Assembly: GCA_038205935.1 (NCBI GenBank)
Contig: JBBRBK010000004.1
Coordinates: forward strand, 1 to 64,000
Reading direction: 5' to 3'
DNA: 64,000 bases
Origin: Campylobacterales bacterium
GTDB lineage: Bacteria; Campylobacterota; Campylobacteria; Campylobacterales; Sulfurimonadaceae
The notes under the pieces were generated by a model. It was not told the DNA's origin. It saw nothing but the letters and a program-made list of their open reading frames with translations, and searched no databases. Made by a program: the position numbers and the translations under genes. Positions 62,188 through 64,000 of the stretch are shown in pieces (the first letter of the stretch is position 1; every line of letters starts with the position of its first letter).

Positions 62188-63032
62188 GTAAAAAAATATT
62201 TTTATGTGCCATCAGTAACATCAACAGTGGTACATGTAACGAGGACTGCAAGTTTTGCTCCCAAAGTGTAAAATACAAAGCAGACATCGAGCGCTATATC
62301 CAAAAACCTGTCGATAAGATAATCGAAGAAGCAAAAGAAGCGTATGCAAGCGGTGCACTCGGTTTTTGCCTAGTCACAGCACACAAAGGACTTGATGATA
62401 AAACGCTCAAGTTTGTCTGCAACGTTGCTCGAGAAGTGAACCGTGAAGTACCACAGCTTAGACTCATCGCATGTAACGGCACGGCATCTTTAGAGCAACT
62501 TTTAGCTCTTAAAGAAGCTGGAGTAAAAGCATACAATCATAATCTTGAAACATCTCGTGCGTTTTACCCAGAAATCTGTACAACGCATCCATGGGATGAA
62601 CGCTTTGAGACTTGTCAAAATGTAAACAAATCAGGACTTGTACTTATCACGGGTGGAATCTTCGGGCTCGGTGAAACACAGGAGGATCGCGTCAGTATGT
62701 TAAACTCTCTCAAAGAGTTAAACCCAACCTCTGTACCGATCAACTTTTACCACCATAATCCTGCTCTTCCGCTTAAACCAAATGCACTAAGCGTGGATGA
62801 AGCACTTGATCTTATCCGCCTCGCGCGCGAAGTTTTATGTGACGCAGACCGCATTATGGTCGCAGGCGGAAGAGAGATGATGTTTGGCGAAAGACAAAAT
62901 GAAATCTTTGAAGCTGGCGCAAACTCCATCGTTATAGGAAACTATCTTACAACTTTGGGAAGAGAAAAAAATAGAGATCTGGAGATGCTTCGCTCACTTG
63001 ATTTAGAGATTGCCGACTCACCAAATGCCTAA
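62184..63032 (+). CDS. bioB: Biotin synthase
   Basis: CNEDCKFCSQS, YNHNLETS, GGIFGLGE, SVPIN, AGGRE, GNYLTT. Confidence 0.95.
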   Translation: MSKKIFLCAISNINSGTCNEDCKFCSQSVKYKADIERYIQKPVDKIIEEAKEAYASGALGFCLVTAHKGLDDKTLKFVCNVAREVNREVPQLRLIACNGTASLEQLLALKEAGVKAYNHNLETSRAFYPEICTTHPWDERFETCQNVNKSGLVLITGGIFGLGETQEDRVSMLNSLKELNPTSVPINFYHHNPALPLKPNALSVDEALDLIRLAREVLCDADRIMVAGGREMMFGERQNEIFEAGANSIVIGNYLTTLGREKNRDLEMLRSLDLEIADSPNA

Positions 63033-64000
63033 TATGCTTGATGACGTAACACTCATACTCACTGTCTCCTTGATAGTGATCTTCTCTCCATTTTTTGCAA
63101 AGATATTCAAAGTTCCTACAACACCCATCGAGATCATATTTGGTGCTTTTTTGGGTTATGTCGGCTTTATCCATCAACAGCATCTTTTTGATATTGTCGC
63201 GAAATTTGGATTTTTATATCTTATGTTTATTGCTGGAACTGAGATTGATCTCAAGAAAGTATTAAAAACACCAATAAAACTTATGAAGATGATCTCGGTC
63301 TATCTTCTTTTACTCTATGGATTTGCTTTCGCTTTTTCGCTCTATTTTTCTTTCGGCAAAATCTTTATGGTGCTTTTACCTCTTATCTCCGTTGGCCTTA
63401 TCGCTACACTTGCAAAGGAGTATGGAAAGACGCCGTGGCTTGTGCTTTCTATGACAGCCGGAGGTATCGGTGAGGTCATAAGTATTGCGGCCTTGACTCT
63501 TGTCTCAGCAACTCTGGAGTTTGGAGGTGGGATTGGACTGTTTCAAACCATCTTAGCACTCATCCTATTTTTACTCTTTATGGTTGTGCTGTTTCGCTCA
63601 CTACAACTTCTTTTTTGGTGGTTTCCAGAAGTCTCGGTTGCGCTTATGCCTCACGATGACAACAAAGAGCAGGATATCAGACTCTCAATGGGAATCTTTT
63701 TTATCCTTCTTGCTGTGATGCTTTATCTGCATCTTGAGCTTGCCTTTGGAGCATTTTTAGCGGGTATCTTTATACCAACCTTTTTTGAACATAAAAATGG
63801 CTTACCAGAGAAGCTTTCAAGCTATGGTTTTGGATTTTTGATTCCTATCTTTTTCATCCATATTGGAAGCACATTCAATCTCGAAGCACTTTTTATCAAT
63901 GGGTTAGTCGTTCAAGCGCTTATTATTGCCTTTGTGATGATTGCGATGCGCTTGGTAAGTTCTCTTGTGTTTATCAAAGAAGTTGGAGTAAAAAATGCCA
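63025..64000 (+). CDS. Cation:proton antiporter (CPA2 family); runs off the window
   Basis: Own translation MPNMLDDVTLILTVSLIVIFSP..PIEIIFG...FGFLYLMFIAGTEID...GAFLAG...GFLIPIFFIHIG; multiple TM segments. Confidence 0.85.
   Translation, partial: MPNMLDDVTLILTVSLIVIFSPFFAKIFKVPTTPIEIIFGAFLGYVGFIHQQHLFDIVAKFGFLYLMFIAGTEIDLKKVLKTPIKLMKMISVYLLLLYGFAFAFSLYFSFGKIFMVLLPLISVGLIATLAKEYGKTPWLVLSMTAGGIGEVISIAALTLVSATLEFGGGIGLFQTILALILFLLFMVVLFRSLQLLFWWFPEVSVALMPHDDNKEQDIRLSMGIFFILLAVMLYLHLELAFGAFLAGIFIPTFFEHKNGLPEKLSSYGFGFLIPIFFIHIGSTFNLEALFINGLVVQALIIAFVMIAMRLVSSLVFIKEVGVKNA

Overview
64-kb chromosomal window from an AT-rich Campylobacterota genome. Gene content and order suggest a Sulfurimonas-like organism; that is an inference, not a database result. 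It contains housekeeping genes (cheZ-like, rpmI-rplT, rarA, rluB, kdsD, nnr, purN, thiG, rnhB, topA, bioB), a five-tRNA cluster, an MlaE/MCE operon, the S10-spc ribosomal operon ending at secY-map-infA, a probable 6S RNA, an SPL-like radical SAM trio, and a flagellar locus (fliD-fliS, pseudaminic-acid and accessory sugar-modification genes, maf, 800-aa flagellin). No transposase, integrase, prophage or CRISPR array was seen. The most striking unexplained signal is a highly iterated palindrome, (C)TTACATGTAA(G), with at least 26 TACATGTA cores counted by eye, in both genes and spacers. Three further copies are split at the same position (CATG^TA) by a related 18-19-bp REP-like mini-hairpin (CG[T/G]AGTGCCCnnnGGGT[A/G]). 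Two of these insertions are in frame and add six amino acids to PseC and PseG. This looks like a palindrome-targeted miniature mobile element system.
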